Assembly (NCBI GenBank): GCA_964016885.1
Contig: OZ024748.1
Span: forward strand, 49,352,001 to 49,416,000
Source: Eledone cirrhosa
Taxonomy: Eukaryota
Length of the DNA stretch: 64,000 nt
Reading direction: 5' to 3'
Shown here one piece after another: positions 1-13,755 of this stretch. Position 1 is the stretch's first letter; every line of letters begins with the position of its first letter. A program made the translations under genes and the position numbers. The notes below the pieces were generated by a model that was given only the letters and a program-made list of their open reading frames with translations, ran no database searches and was not told the origin of the DNA.

Positions 1-214
1 CTAAAAGTGGTTAAAAGAAGATCTCAAGAAACTGCAACTCATAAAGGAGGAGACAAATGGAGAGATGCTGTACTGAAGAGGACTTGTCTAAATCCATGTG
101 AGCATGGACAAACATGTAAAAATGATGATGTTAAGGGAGTTATGAGGAAATAAGGTCAAGGTATGATGAGTGTGGTGGGAGTGTCATTAAACTCTAGTAA
201 TGCGGAAAACTTAC

Positions 215-651
215 CGTCACATCCATTTCTGACCATTCACTGTGTTCAGCGATGCTGCTCTCTATAGAACTACAAATTCCTGGTTTAACATCATCTGTCA
301 GAGAGTTTTGTTTCTTCACACCAAAAGCATTCATATATGTGCGTACTTTGGCAATATACTGCAGTACAGTCTGTGTGACCGATTCTGTTTCCTGCAACAC
401 TTCTAGTGGAATATTGTCTAGTAAAGAATTCTTGAATGAAAGGATATCATTTAGCACAGAATATAAATGGTTCAAGATTATTCCAAGTATTTGCTGTGCA
501 AAGAACAAAGATTGTTGTTCGGCCATATTGTCTTCAATACTTTGCAATAATAGACGATATGCCGGTTCCAATGCCCGGAGTTTGGGCAAACAGCTATTCA
601 CATTGCCATTTTTTGGTTCAGTTTCATCAGTTTTCTTCTCCTGTGAGAATA
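215..651 (-). CDS. SPG11: SPG11 exon 7 (LFSQEKK...EWSEMDVT)
   Basis: [29 protein letters not shown] resembles recalled human LIPALDLLCSAIRESYSEPQSKHFSEQLL; ttcttag acceptor, gtaagt donor. Confidence 0.9.
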
Positions 652-3089
652 CTAAGAAAAAAAAAAAATTTGTACATCACTTCATTAAATAATTATTATT
701 AAATCATAAATAATAAAGAAATAATTATTTCTTGTGAAGAAACTTTAACCCTTTTGATACCAAACTGACCCTAATTCTATGATACAAAACTCTTTATTTT
801 TAAATGTTTATATTTATCAGACAAATCTTCTATCAGTTTTCTTCTCATGAGAGAATACTGAAAAAATATGCATATATTCCTTTATTTATTCTGGAAGAAA
901 CTTTAGGGTCTTTGAAGTAACATTACTCAATAGAGTGCGTAGCTCAGAGATCAGAGAGCTGCTTGAGGTAGAGCTGCTACTTCTCCAAATTGAGTGTGGT
1001 TAGAATGTCTAAGGAAAGAATCACTGGACAGATTTTATGGGCAAAATCAGCTGGTAAGAGACACAGGGGTAGACACTGAGCAAGATGGTTGGATAACATC
1101 CATGAGCTTGGCTGGTCTTGCTTGGGGATCCAGCTGAATCAATTTGAGAGGATTGCTTCTGACAACACCTGCTGGAAGGCGTGTTTGTGGACTCTGCCCC
1201 CATGATTTTCCCAGGAAAAGTGGGTGAAGAAGAAGAAACATTAATTCTTTCATTACTATATTTCTATCATTTTCAAATAATCATATGTTCTTAGAAAAGC
1301 TGTATATTCAGCTAAATTTACAGGAAAGTTCTGTCATAAATTTAACAGTCTTACATATACATACTACAATGTACTCCAGTAGATAGGGTTAAACTAGAAA
1401 CAGTAATACTCACAATTTTGTCTTGTCTGCAAGAATATGGTGACAGTGTCAATCTGTCGATACTTTAAACCAAGTTCTAGAGCCCGAAGGGGTAAGGAAC
1501 ATCGACCCCAGTGATTCAGTTGACACAGTTCATCTGTAAAACGGGCTCCACCATAAGTCATAACCTGAAAGATAAAAGGGAATTTTAGTTCAAATAAATA
1601 CCACAAATATCAAAAGTCATCTTGTCTGACACCCTAACAAAACCCCCACCACTCTAGACTGGAACTTTATTTTATCTACTCCAAAAGGATGAAAGACAAA
1701 ATTGATCATGGCAAGATTTGAACTCAACATGAGGAAAGCCAGGGGAAACACCACGAGACATTTCTGTCTTTTGCTCTAACTACTCAACCAATAAAGGGAT
1801 GTCAAGGAACAACATGAAATATATTTCAATATCAAAGTTTGCTATATATATTTTTCTCTCTTTAATTGATTGACAAGATCCAGTCCTCGCTTGCTTACCA
1901 AGTGGGGTGGAACTCATCAAATCGGACCAAGGAAACTATGTTTTCATTGGTCTTTCCCTTACTGATATTATCAACTGGTAGCAGATGCTGGCAGAAAGAG
2001 CAACATGAAATAAAGTGTCTTGTTCAAGGACATAACCCATCACCCAGTCAGAGAGTTGAACTCACAACGTCACAATTATGAATCCAATTCTCTAATCATT
2101 ATACAAATAAATATATGGAAAAACTGTATTAACAACAAACCTTATCCACAAACTCTTCTTGCTGAAGTTCAACTATTGCAAATATTCCAGTTTCTTTTAA
2201 AATAAGAGGTGGGTGACATTTTTCCATTCCCAGGACAAGGAGACCAGTTTCTTTTTTAAAACTGAATATTAAACAAAAATATTATTAAGAGATTATATAT
2301 ACATTTACACACATATATATCCATATTGTGTCCTTATTGGTAGTTGGGGCTGTGATTGTGTCACTCTAATCAGCAAAACAATGTCATGTGTGTTCTACCA
2401 ATTTCGATGTAGTATTGCATGGGTAGTACGGGATGGAGTTAATTACAAAAGTAAAAGTAGCAATGGAAATATAGCCTTCATATTGTATTTTATATATATA
2501 TATATATTCATAGATAGACAGATAGATCTTAGATTGTGGATATGTTATGACAACTGGACAGGAATGCAAACACAACCCTAACCCCGGTAGCATATAAAAA
2601 ACCAAAAAAAAACACAAACTTCAACCTGTCTGAAGAGAACACGTCAAAAGGTTAATATGCAACCACTCTAATGTCTTTGAAATATGTATAACAGAATTAT
2701 GTAATAAACAGAGGCAGATGTACACTTAAAACCATTTCTCTTCTTTATAACATATATCTATCATCATCATCATTTTTACATCCATTTTTCCTAGCTTGCA
2801 AGGGATGGATGGGTTCTTTTCAGCACAGAATCTCTCCACTTGTCATATTCTTTCATCATCTCGTCTGTGAATCTCAGTGATTTGAGATCAGCTCTCATCA
2901 CCACCACCGAGGTATTTTTTGGTCTACTTCTATTGTGACTTCCTACTATTGAGATTTCCTGGCACTTCTTCACCCAGCGATCTTCATCCATGTACATCAC
3001 ATGTCTGTACCAATACAGTTTTATCTCTTGCACACCACTTTGGATTCCTCTTAAACTCAGTTTCTCTCATACATACACACACATATATA

Positions 3090-3145
<56 letters not shown>

Positions 3146-6100
3146 GAACAAGTAGAACCCCGACGGCTGAGCTCAAGCCGTTTCGACAGCGTCCAGAATT
3201 AGCCGTCAAAACGGCTTGAGCTCAGCCGTCGGGGTCCTACCCGTTCCTATTACCCACTCTACTACCCTAAGTATTGAGTACTTTGGTGCGTTATGGTCCA
3301 TCTGGTTCCTTACCACATTTCCTTTGTTATATATATATATATATTTATATACACAACATGTTTCTGCAGTTTGTGTCTACCAAATTTCACTCACAAAGGA
3401 TTGCCCAACCCATAGCTATAGTAGAAGACACTTGTCCAATGTGTCACATAGTGAGAGCGAACCCCAAGCCATATGGTTGCAAAGCAATCTCCTTAACCAC
3501 ACAGACATATCTAAATCTATTAATGGAAAATTTCAAATTTCTTACAAAAAGGAAAAAGTAAGCAACTTACCGTTTTAACTTGACATTACCAGTTGTAAAA
3601 TCACACAACCATAAAATTGATATATCTATGTTGTCCCTCTTGGAAAATAATACTTTAGCTGATGTTGTTGACAAAGCAATTTCTTTGACACAGTGTTGTT
3701 CAAGAAACTCAGGAAGCTGCACCACTTTAATTTTATCATCCAGTGTTACTGAAGACAGACATTTCTTTAATCCCGAGACTCTCCTTTTAGTAACTTTTCC
3801 AAGACAAGATGTATTAGAAAACTGACCTCTCTGAATCATCGGCATATTGTAGCCGTATTTGTGAATACGCGTCCATTTTTTGTATTCTTTGTCCTGCGAA
3901 AGGCTGTCTGGTGGGAAAAAAAACTTGCAGTCTCCTGGACATAAAGAATATAGATCTTTGAGAGAGAGGCAAATAGCAGAGTTTATTTCTGTGATGAGGA
4001 AGAGGTGTGCCACATCATTTGACATACACCAGAACCGGGGCATACTACTACACAGGTGAACCACAGAGCAAAGATCAACTTGAAGATAACATACTCCATC
4101 ACTACTATCATAAAGATCTGGAGAAATTTGTTAAAGAATCTGAGCAAAAAATTTTGAAACACCAAAAATAATTCTGACATGCTAATCTATTACATTAAAG
4201 TGATAATTGGCAATGTCTGTAAATTGTAGTGGGGTAAATAAATATATACATATACACGAGGTTTGAAAACAAAGGAACCAAACTCCCACTGTCACCTCAC
4301 CGTCTCTTATGTTCTCCCCATTTCTCACTAGTATGAGCAAATGGAGTCCCAGGCACTGGCTGTCCCGCACCCATAGCAGACAAAATAGAGAAGTCGTTTC
4401 CCTGGAGGACGGTGAGGGAGATGTGTTGGAAGAGCCATTCCAGCTCATGAGACTCACACATGCGGGTAGCTATCTCTGTACCAATGGTGGTGAGCAGGGA
4501 TGTGGCCCTAGGGAGGGCCAAGGACATCAGAAGTCTCCACTACTGCGAGCTCGACCACAAACCTGTTGGAGAGCGACCAATATTTGGAGAGTTTACTCTC
4601 CTCTGCCTGAAGTGCAGCAAAGCCTGGGTTAGTCACAGACTGTACCAGGTTGCTGTTGGAGAAACCCATTCTCTACCATGTGCACCTTTATATATCCTTT
4701 TGGTGATGTATTCCATAGTAATTTGGCATAGTTTCTAACTTTGGTTATTTCTTTTCAATTCCACATATTTTTCGATTTATTTAGATGGTTGTCTGTAATG
4801 TTTTGATATTGATTTTGGTTTATCTTGTATTGGGTTTTGGAGCAGGTGATTGAATGGAATTGTGATTGATTGGGTTCATGTTATTGTATTTTGTATTCAA
4901 ACACATACCACAACATTTATCACGTAACTTTGTCACAAATCAGTATATACATAATTAAACATATATGTTACATTAAACGCAACGAGACATCTGTAAATTA
5001 TAATGATTTCTACTATAGGCCAGCCATTTAGAGAGAGGCGAAAGTCAATTAAACCGACCCCAGTGTATTACTGGTTCTCTATTTTATCGACCCTGTAAGG
5101 ATGAAAGGCAAAGTTAACCTCGACAGGATTTGAATTCAGAACATAAAGGGCCATAACTCTATGCTGCAAAGTATTTTGTCTGACGCTCTACAATAATAAT
5201 ACCGATATTTAGATATATGTGTACATATCTCTATTTGGTCTCATTTTTTTTTTCTTGTGGGTAGCAACACGTGGTTGTGTTGCTGCTGCTGATCCTAGCA
5301 GAACCCCAAGAAAACATGTCTATTGTCAGTGATGCTGTGGAAGGAGTACAGTAAGAATGTATATATGTAACAAGGCAAATGAAAGACAGCAGCGGTGGTT
5401 GTGGTGGTGGTAGAGGCAGCAAACACTGATATTTAAACATTTCTAATCTTAACATCTTTATGGAAAGGGGATGGTAAGAGTGTGTGACAGATTGTGTGGT
5501 GTAAATTGTCATTCATGCAGTGGAAAGAGATGATCATTTTTTGAAACACAGTGTGTGTACATATATATATTTATATATAAACATGATGGAGGCACATGGC
5601 TTAGTGGTTAGAGCATTGGCCTTGCAATCGAAAGGTTGTGAGTTCAATTCTCAGACCGGGTGATGTGTTGTTTCCTTGAGCAAGACACTTTATTTCACAT
5701 TGCTCCAGTTTACTCAGCTGTAGAAATGAGATGGTAGGGACTGGGGTCCCTATCATTCCACTGTAAAGTGGTCGTGGAGGTGCCACGGCAAAAAAAAAAG
5801 CACCCAGCACTCACTGTAAATGAGGTTGGTGTTAGGAAGGGCATCCAGCTGTAGAAATCAAGCCAGAATCAGTTCCCGTCCCACCCTTGCAAGCAGGGAA
5901 AAAGCAGACGTAAAATGAAAAGAAATGAAATGAAATGAAATGAAACTCACACACATGAATATATATGGTATTTTTAAAAGGATACAAAGTGTGTGTTGTG
6001 ACCAGTTTAGAACAGATATGGTTGACTCATATAGTTGAACTGATGGCATAGTATGGTCCTCTTCAAAATGGTTTGATAATAGAATAGTATATTGACAACA

Positions 6101-9100
6101 AGGTTTCTGGGAACTTTCTGGTGTAAAATACAGGCAAGCTATATAAAGTGTAGTTGCTGTTATGGACTCCAGGCTGGTTTGGTCATTAATGGGTCTCTTT
6201 TTGGTCAGTAAAATAACTGCTGAGTGTATATAACCAAGTAGATAAGGAGTAGCAGATTTATAGAGTTCAAGACCTGTTTTAAAATAAATTGAAAATGACA
6301 TACAAAAGTTAGAAAGTTATCATCATTATCCTCATCATCATTTAACATTAGTTTTCTTTGCTAACATGGGTTGGACAGACCAAGTTAGTACTTAATCAGA
6401 GCCACTGATCTCTTGAGATGGACTGGGACCTCATCTCGCTTACATACACATATATTGCTAGATAATTTGCGATATAAGTAATGATACTGGTGATCATGTG
6501 ACCAGATATTCGGTGACACAAAACCACAGTAGTGAAAAACATTAGCTGTATTACTGAAGAATCTGTGCTAAGTCGAAGGCACATCAGGATGGTGCTTATC
6601 CGCAGTTTCTTTGGTGTTAAGTAACTGAGAGTATACGACTCTCCATGCACAGGACACCAGTCTATCACAGGTTTGACATCCCAGCTATTGATGGTGTTCA
6701 CTCTCAGCTGAGTATACTGGAGCAACATGAAATAAAGTGTTTTGCTCAAGAACACAACACACAACCTAGTCCAGGAATCACACCAGTGACATTACAATCC
6801 TATGTCAAGCATCCTAACTGTTAGGCAAAGGGCCTTCACAAAGAAGTGGTAGGTGTGTTGGGAAATAAAGTCACAATACTTACCTTCATTGTTAAGAACC
6901 AGAGCCAATACACATTCCTCACAAGAGAAAAGATATCTGAGGTCATCCTCCAGGTAAAAAGCTGATAATTTGCCATCAAGGTGGTGCATACACAGGGTCG
7001 TCTCATGATACTCATTGCTGTCATAATGGATTGATCTATAGAGACAGAGAAGAAGAGAATGAGTGACATTCCCTAGTGTGTTTTTTGGTGGTGGTAGGGT
7101 ACTATTTAAAAAGGAGAGTGAGGGTAGTGTCCAAGACCCATTTTTCAGGGCCTCCGAATTTTGATGGGAGAGAGGGAGATATACTGAAATCAATGACCTA
7201 GCCTGAATGCTTATAAAAGCGTATTCTACTAAAGCCACCCAAAGGTTAAGTGGTGGTGTTAAACTGGACAATAGAATAAGTCTACCACCTAAGGGTAAGT
7301 GGTGCTGTTAAACTGGACAATAGATTAAGTCTACCACCTAAGGGTAAGTGGTGGTGTTAAACTGGACAACAGAATAAGTCTACCACCTAAGGGTAAGGTG
7401 GTGGTGTTAAACTGGACAACAGATTAAGTCTACCACCTAAGGGTAAGGTGGTGGTGTTAAACTGGACAACAGATTAAGTCTACCACCTAAGGGTAAGGTG
7501 GTGGTGTTAAACTGGACAACAGATTAAGTCTACCACCTAAGGGTAAGGTGGTGGTGTTAAACTGGACAACAGATTAAGTCTACCACCTAAGGGTAAGGTG
7601 GTGGTGTTAAACTGGACAACAGATTAAGTCTACCACCTAAGGGTAAGGTGGTGGTGTTAAACTGGACAATAGATTAAGTCTACCACCTAAGGGTAAGGTG
7701 GTGGTGTTAAACTGGACAACAGATTAAGTCTACCACCTAAGGGTAAGTGGTGGTGTTAAACTGGACAATAGATTAAGTCTACCACCTAAGTAAGACAGAA
7801 CAAATACTGCAAGGCATCTTGTCTGATGCTCTAACAATTTTGGGAGTCCACTGCCCTGAAAAGGGTCATGGGCCCTGCCTTTCTATCCCTGACTACAGGA
7901 GGACTCTTCAACTGTGCCATAGACATGACAACGTTTCTAGTGTTAGGGATATGTATAATAAACAATCACCCAGTACACTCTGTAAAATAGTTGTTGATAG
8001 GAAAGGTATCCAGCCATGGGACACCTGCCAAACAAAGGACCGAGAAGACTGTTCAGCAATGCCAAAGACAAGACAACTTCGCTTGTGTTGGTGCCATGAT
8101 AAAATGCACTCGGTAGAGTATGGAATCATATGTTGGGTCTCTGGTCCACCTGGAGGTGAGAGTCTCTGCTTAAGTACTGACCAGTCTAATGCCGACATGT
8201 CCAACCCTTGCTAGCAGGGAAAACAGGTGTTAAACGATGAGGACACTGACCTGCCAGCACTTGACAGGTAATTGTAACAAACTCACAAAATACAAACCAA
8301 AGTTGATCTTGGTGATATTTGAACCCCAAATACTAGATTACAAACCACTACACTTTAGTTTTACCACTCTATCTCAACAATATAACTACTACACTACACT
8401 TCTACCACTCTATCTAAACAATACAACTAACTACTACACTTCTACCACTCTATCTAAACAACACAACTAAGTACTATACTACACTAGTACCACTATCTAA
8501 ACAACATGACTACACTACCACCACTCTACCTAAACAACACAACTAACGACTACACTATACTACACTACCACTCTATCTAAACAACACAACTAACGACTAC
8601 ACTATACTACACTACCACTCTATCTAAACAACACAACTAACGACTACACTATACTACACTACCACTCTATCTAAACAACACAACTAACGACTACACTATA
8701 CTACACTACCACTCTATCTAAACAACACAACTAACGACTACACTATACTACACTACCACTCTATCTAAACAACACAACTAACGACTACACTATACTACAC
8801 TACCACTCTATCTAAACAACACAACTAACGACTACACTATACTACACTACCACTCTATCTAAACAACACAACTAACGACTACACTATACTACACTACCAC
8901 TCTATCTAAACAACACAACTAACCACTACACTATACTACACTACCACTCTATCTAAACAACAAGATATTTCTGTTAGCTGGATCTCCCTTCTTCTAGCCT
9001 GTCACATTCCAGATATTTCTGTTAGCTGGATCTCCCTTCTTCTAGCCTGTCACATTCCAGATATTTCTGTTAGCTGGATCTCCCTTCTTCTAGCCTGTCA

Positions 9101-10446
9101 CATTCCAGATATTTCTGTTAGCTGGATCTCCCTTCTTCTAGCCTGTCACATTCCAGATATTTCTGTTAGCTGGATCTCCCTTCTTCTAGCCTGTCACATT
9201 CCAGATATTTCTGTTAGCTGGATCTCCCTTCTTCTAGCCTGTCACATTCCAGATATTTCTGTTAGCTGGATCTCCCTTCTTCTAGCCTGTCACATTCCAG
9301 ATATTTCTGTTAGCTGGATCTCCCTTCTTCTAGCCTGTCACATTCCAGATATTTCTGTTAGCTGGATCTCCCTTCTTCTAGCCTGTCACATTCCAGATAT
9401 TTCTGTTAGCTGGATCTCCCTTCTTCTAGCCTGTCACATTCCAGATATTTCTGTTAGCTGGATCACTGATGAATGTCTTGTCATTGTTGGGACACCTTAC
9501 CAACATTTCAAGTGATGCCTCCAAGAGTACTTGGTCATTCCTATGGCTTAGCCACTCTATCACCCACAGCAACGATGCCTTAAAAATTATGAGAGGGGAA
9601 CTCCAGTATCCTTTATTATGGGATATCTTCTCCCACTTTTTTTTCTTTTTTATATATAATTTGTAATATAAATTGTATTTATTTGTATACATTCTTTCAA
9701 AAAATATAACTCCCTCTAAAGGATTAATATATAGAATACAGTTTGGCCTTTTATAAACACAGAAATCTGTTTATTAAAAGTAGAATATTTACATTATGTT
9801 AAAAACACTGACATTGAAAATCTATTGATTATATTAAAAGAAGATTAATTGTTAGAGAGGCTAAAGTACACTTGATATAATTATTGACAGATTTATGTCA
9901 GGAGATCTAAATATTTGTGTCATATTATTAAGACATTGTAACAATAACTGTACCACAGTAATATATAGACCAGTCATGAGAAAACTGCAGTCAATTTGGT
10001 TTTCACAATGGTGTGTCTAATTTCAAAATGTCTAATTTAGTAATGTGGCCTGCCTTGTGATGAGCCACATCCTATGTGGCCCACTGCTCGAAAAAGGTTG
10101 TTCATGCCTGATATAGACAAAATAGCAACAGCAAGCATTTTCAGGCCATGCCCACCCCTACATCACACTAAATCAGGCGTTAGTTTTGCAGGTCCTGTTG
10201 AGAAGTTGTTTACTAATCATAAGGTCTTTTTTGAAGTAATATCTCATAACCAGACACCTTTCCCCATGCCAACCCTTGTAGAGTGACCCCTATACAGGGA
10301 TACAGTGTACATATTCTAAACCAGATACATACACAGCATATAATATAGACTGGTAAACTAATAATTGATCATAAGATAGTGCTAAAACAACATCAAGTAT
10401 CTTAGTCTATGTAATAGTAGATGAGAGACAAGCTAACTCCCTCTCC

Positions 10447-10485
<39 letters not shown>

Positions 10486-10568
10486 GATAAATAAGACTAT
10501 AGTGTGTGAATGAGAAAATGAGAGACAAGCTATTTCCCTCTCTCTGTATGTGTACACACACACACACC

Positions 10569-10601
<33 letters not shown>

Positions 10602-13600
10602 GTTTAACGTCCATGTTCCACGCTTGCATGGGTTTGGACGGGAGTTTTCCCACTTGAGGCAAGAGTGGTTGTCTTGCTCGCATAGGACTGTTTGGCGGGT
10701 TTTCTACGGCTGGATGCCCTTCCTAACACCAACCACATTTACAGTGTGGAACTGGGAGGTTTTTACCGTGTTGCCTACACGGCCACATTACAACGTGGAA
10801 TGGAAAACGAAAAATCAGTGATGCCTCAGAACTCAATTTATTGAGTTCTGATGCATCACTGATTTTTCGTTTTCCATTCTATAATTCTCTGCTCCGTAAG
10901 AGCATAGAGTTCTCAACCGGCATACCGCCTATGGAAGCATCTTAGCTACCATTAGACATATATATATATATGCGACGGCTGGAGAGAAATGAGGCAAGCA
11001 TGCTCCGTTGGATGTGCAATGTCAATGTGCGTGAACAGGCGAGCATGGATGTGTTGAGAGAGAAACTGTGTCTGAGAGGGATAAATTTTAGTGTGCGGGA
11101 GAGGAGACTGCGATGGTATGGACATGTGATGCGCATGGAGGATGACCGATGAGTGAAGAAGTGCCAAGAAATGCCAGTTGAAGGAAGACGTAGTAGAGGA
11201 AGACCACGAAGAACATGGGCAGAGGTGGTGAGAGCAGACCACAGATTGCTGAAGCTCATGGTGGAGATGACGAAGGACCTTGACAAGTGGAGAGATGCTG
11301 TGCTGAATAGGACCCGTCCCACCCTTGCAAGCAGGGAAAACGGACATAAAATGATGATAATAATGATGATATCAATTGCCAGGAGCTTGCCTTTCAAGTA
11401 AGTCGGATATTTGATTTGGGATTCAAAGAAACACTTTAAACGTCTATTCGTCTAATTTGTCCAGGTGTACATTTTCTCAACCTGATTAGCGCTATCGTTG
11501 CTCTGGTATATATATTGTGTGTTAGTTTGGCCTTCCACAATGTTCGATTTGTCAAGCTTTTTAAACGTATGTTATTACTCTAAGGACCTATCTTATTGAG
11601 TGCTTTGTTAACTCATCATTTCATATAAGTAGGCCGAATTCACTTGTAAACCGCCAGAGATTCGATTTTATTGATTTCCAATTATAGAGAGAGAGAGAGA
11701 GAGAGAGAGAGATCAATAAGACCATAAGTGTGTGAATGAGAAAATGAGAGACAAGCTACTTCCCTCTCTCTCTGTATATATGTGACTGACATCTGTCCGT
11801 CTATGAGAGACAGTGGTGAAGCGTCCAGAGATTCATCAGCACTTTTGTGAGTGACTGAACGGTCTAATGTGTGAATAGCAGTCTGTACTGTATTTGCTTC
11901 AGATAAATGACAATATCTGTTGAGGTTGTGGTCGTTGCTCCTTCCTTCTGTATGCCCTTTCTGACAGCAAGACACCAAGCTGCATGGTCACTTGCACACT
12001 GTTCCCATGTGATAATGTTGATGTTGCACAGTTTCATGTCTTTCTTGCAGACATCTTTGTAGCACAGGCATGGCTTTCCCACTAATCATGAGCCATCAGT
12101 CAACTTGCCGTATAGTAAGTTTTTGGGGAATGTAACCCTAGGCCACTCTCGTGCTGTGGCCAACAATGACACCTCTCGCTCTGTGTGTGCGTGTATATAT
12201 ATACATTTTTTTTTTCTTCATCCACTTATTCCTGAGAAGTCATAGGGTCAGAGCCATCAGATATACCTTCCAGAGGGTCTCGTAGTCTACTTTTGGGTCT
12301 CCTGCTGAATATAGTTGGCTTTGTTCATAAAATCTCTCCAGTGACTCTTTCCTTAGACATTTTGACTGCATCCACAGTACTGGAGCTGTGAGCTCTCAAA
12401 GCGGAGAAGTAGTGGCTCTACCTGGAGTGACTCCCAGATCGCCATCAACTCCCCGATCAAGTAACATTATTCCAAAGACGCTTTGGAAGAACCCCATTTT
12501 AGCTGTTTGTACTAACAGGCATATTCTTTCAGTCATAACCCAAGATAGATGACAATTGGTAAGGGTAGGCAGGCACACTGAATTGAAGATAGATATTACT
12601 AGTTAAGATTAATAAAACCATTGTTCCACTTAGTACACCAAACTTAAGGAAAGTAATGCTTGCTGGTCCATTGAAACAGCTTAAACTTTACCATCAGACA
12701 TTATAGCCTATAATAATAATTCTTTCTACTTTTGGCACAAGGCCAGCAATTACCCAGTGCATTACTGGTACTTTATTTTATCGACCCTGTAAGAATGAAA
12801 GGCAAAGTTAACCTCGGCGGGATTTGAACTCAGATTGGCAAGATGCCGTAACTCTATACGTCAAAGCATGGCGTCCGACCCTCTACCGATACTGTGTGTG
12901 TATGTATGAACAAAGGGTAGAGGTGAAAATGCTAGAGGGGTGTGCCTAGTATGAAGTGTATATATATATATATATATGCAGAGGTTATATTTAATTTGTT
13001 GGGATACAACAAGCTAAAATATTTTTATAACTGATATAAAGCACTCAACAAATTATTGGAGTAAATATACAATATATTAACAAATGGAAACTATATTTAT
13101 TCTATTATACATATTTCAATGGCCACCAAGGCAGATTATGGTGCGCTTTCATCAGATAAAATATAATACAGATTAGTTTTATAAATAATAGACTATCCAG
13201 GAAGCTCCAACCGTTAAGGTTGCATTTTTTCAGGGTATGTCAATATTTATTTATAAAACTAATCTGTATTATATTTTATCTGATGAAAGCGCACCATAAT
13301 CTGCCTTGGTGGCCCTTGAAATATGTATAATAGAATAAATATGGTTTTATAAATATAGTTTCCATTTGTTAATATATTGTATATATATATATATATATAT
13401 ATATAGTATTAGTTATACTATTTATGGTTATGTAAACACTTATCTTCATGTTGTACTTTAACCTATATCTTTGATTTTTGATTGTACCTATTAATATAAA
13501 TGTAATCTCGAAGTGTGTACTGCCACTCTAAATTCTGTAATGAATGTTGACCCACAATGTTTGAATATGTATCAATGTTTGAATATGTATTGGTATGTCT

Positions 13601-13723
13601 CTCGGCTGAAAAGGAGGTCATATAACTGTCCATGCATTAATAAATTGCTCCGAAGAATCCAAACCTCGGTTTGGAGGAAACAGCTGTAAGCACAATAATG
13701 TTTTGAACAGTTCTTTGATTCTT

Positions 13724-13755
<32 letters not shown>

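Noticed and set aside
252-692. 146-aa plus-strand ORF
   Set aside because: Antisense shadow of SPG11 exon 7.
5231-5512. Additional SPG11 exon
   Set aside because: Exons 3 and 4 already join in phase through the U12 intron; no resemblance to spatacsin.
5588-5665. tRNA gene
   Set aside because: A/B boxes belong to a multi-copy SINE head; no complete cloverleaf.
7245-9463. Regular arrays as CRISPR
   Set aside because: Head-to-tail units with no unique spacers, no cas genes, eukaryotic intron.
9432-9514. Plus-strand terminal exon of a nested gene ([27 protein letters not shown])
   Set aside because: No upstream plus-strand exons or recognisable homology found.
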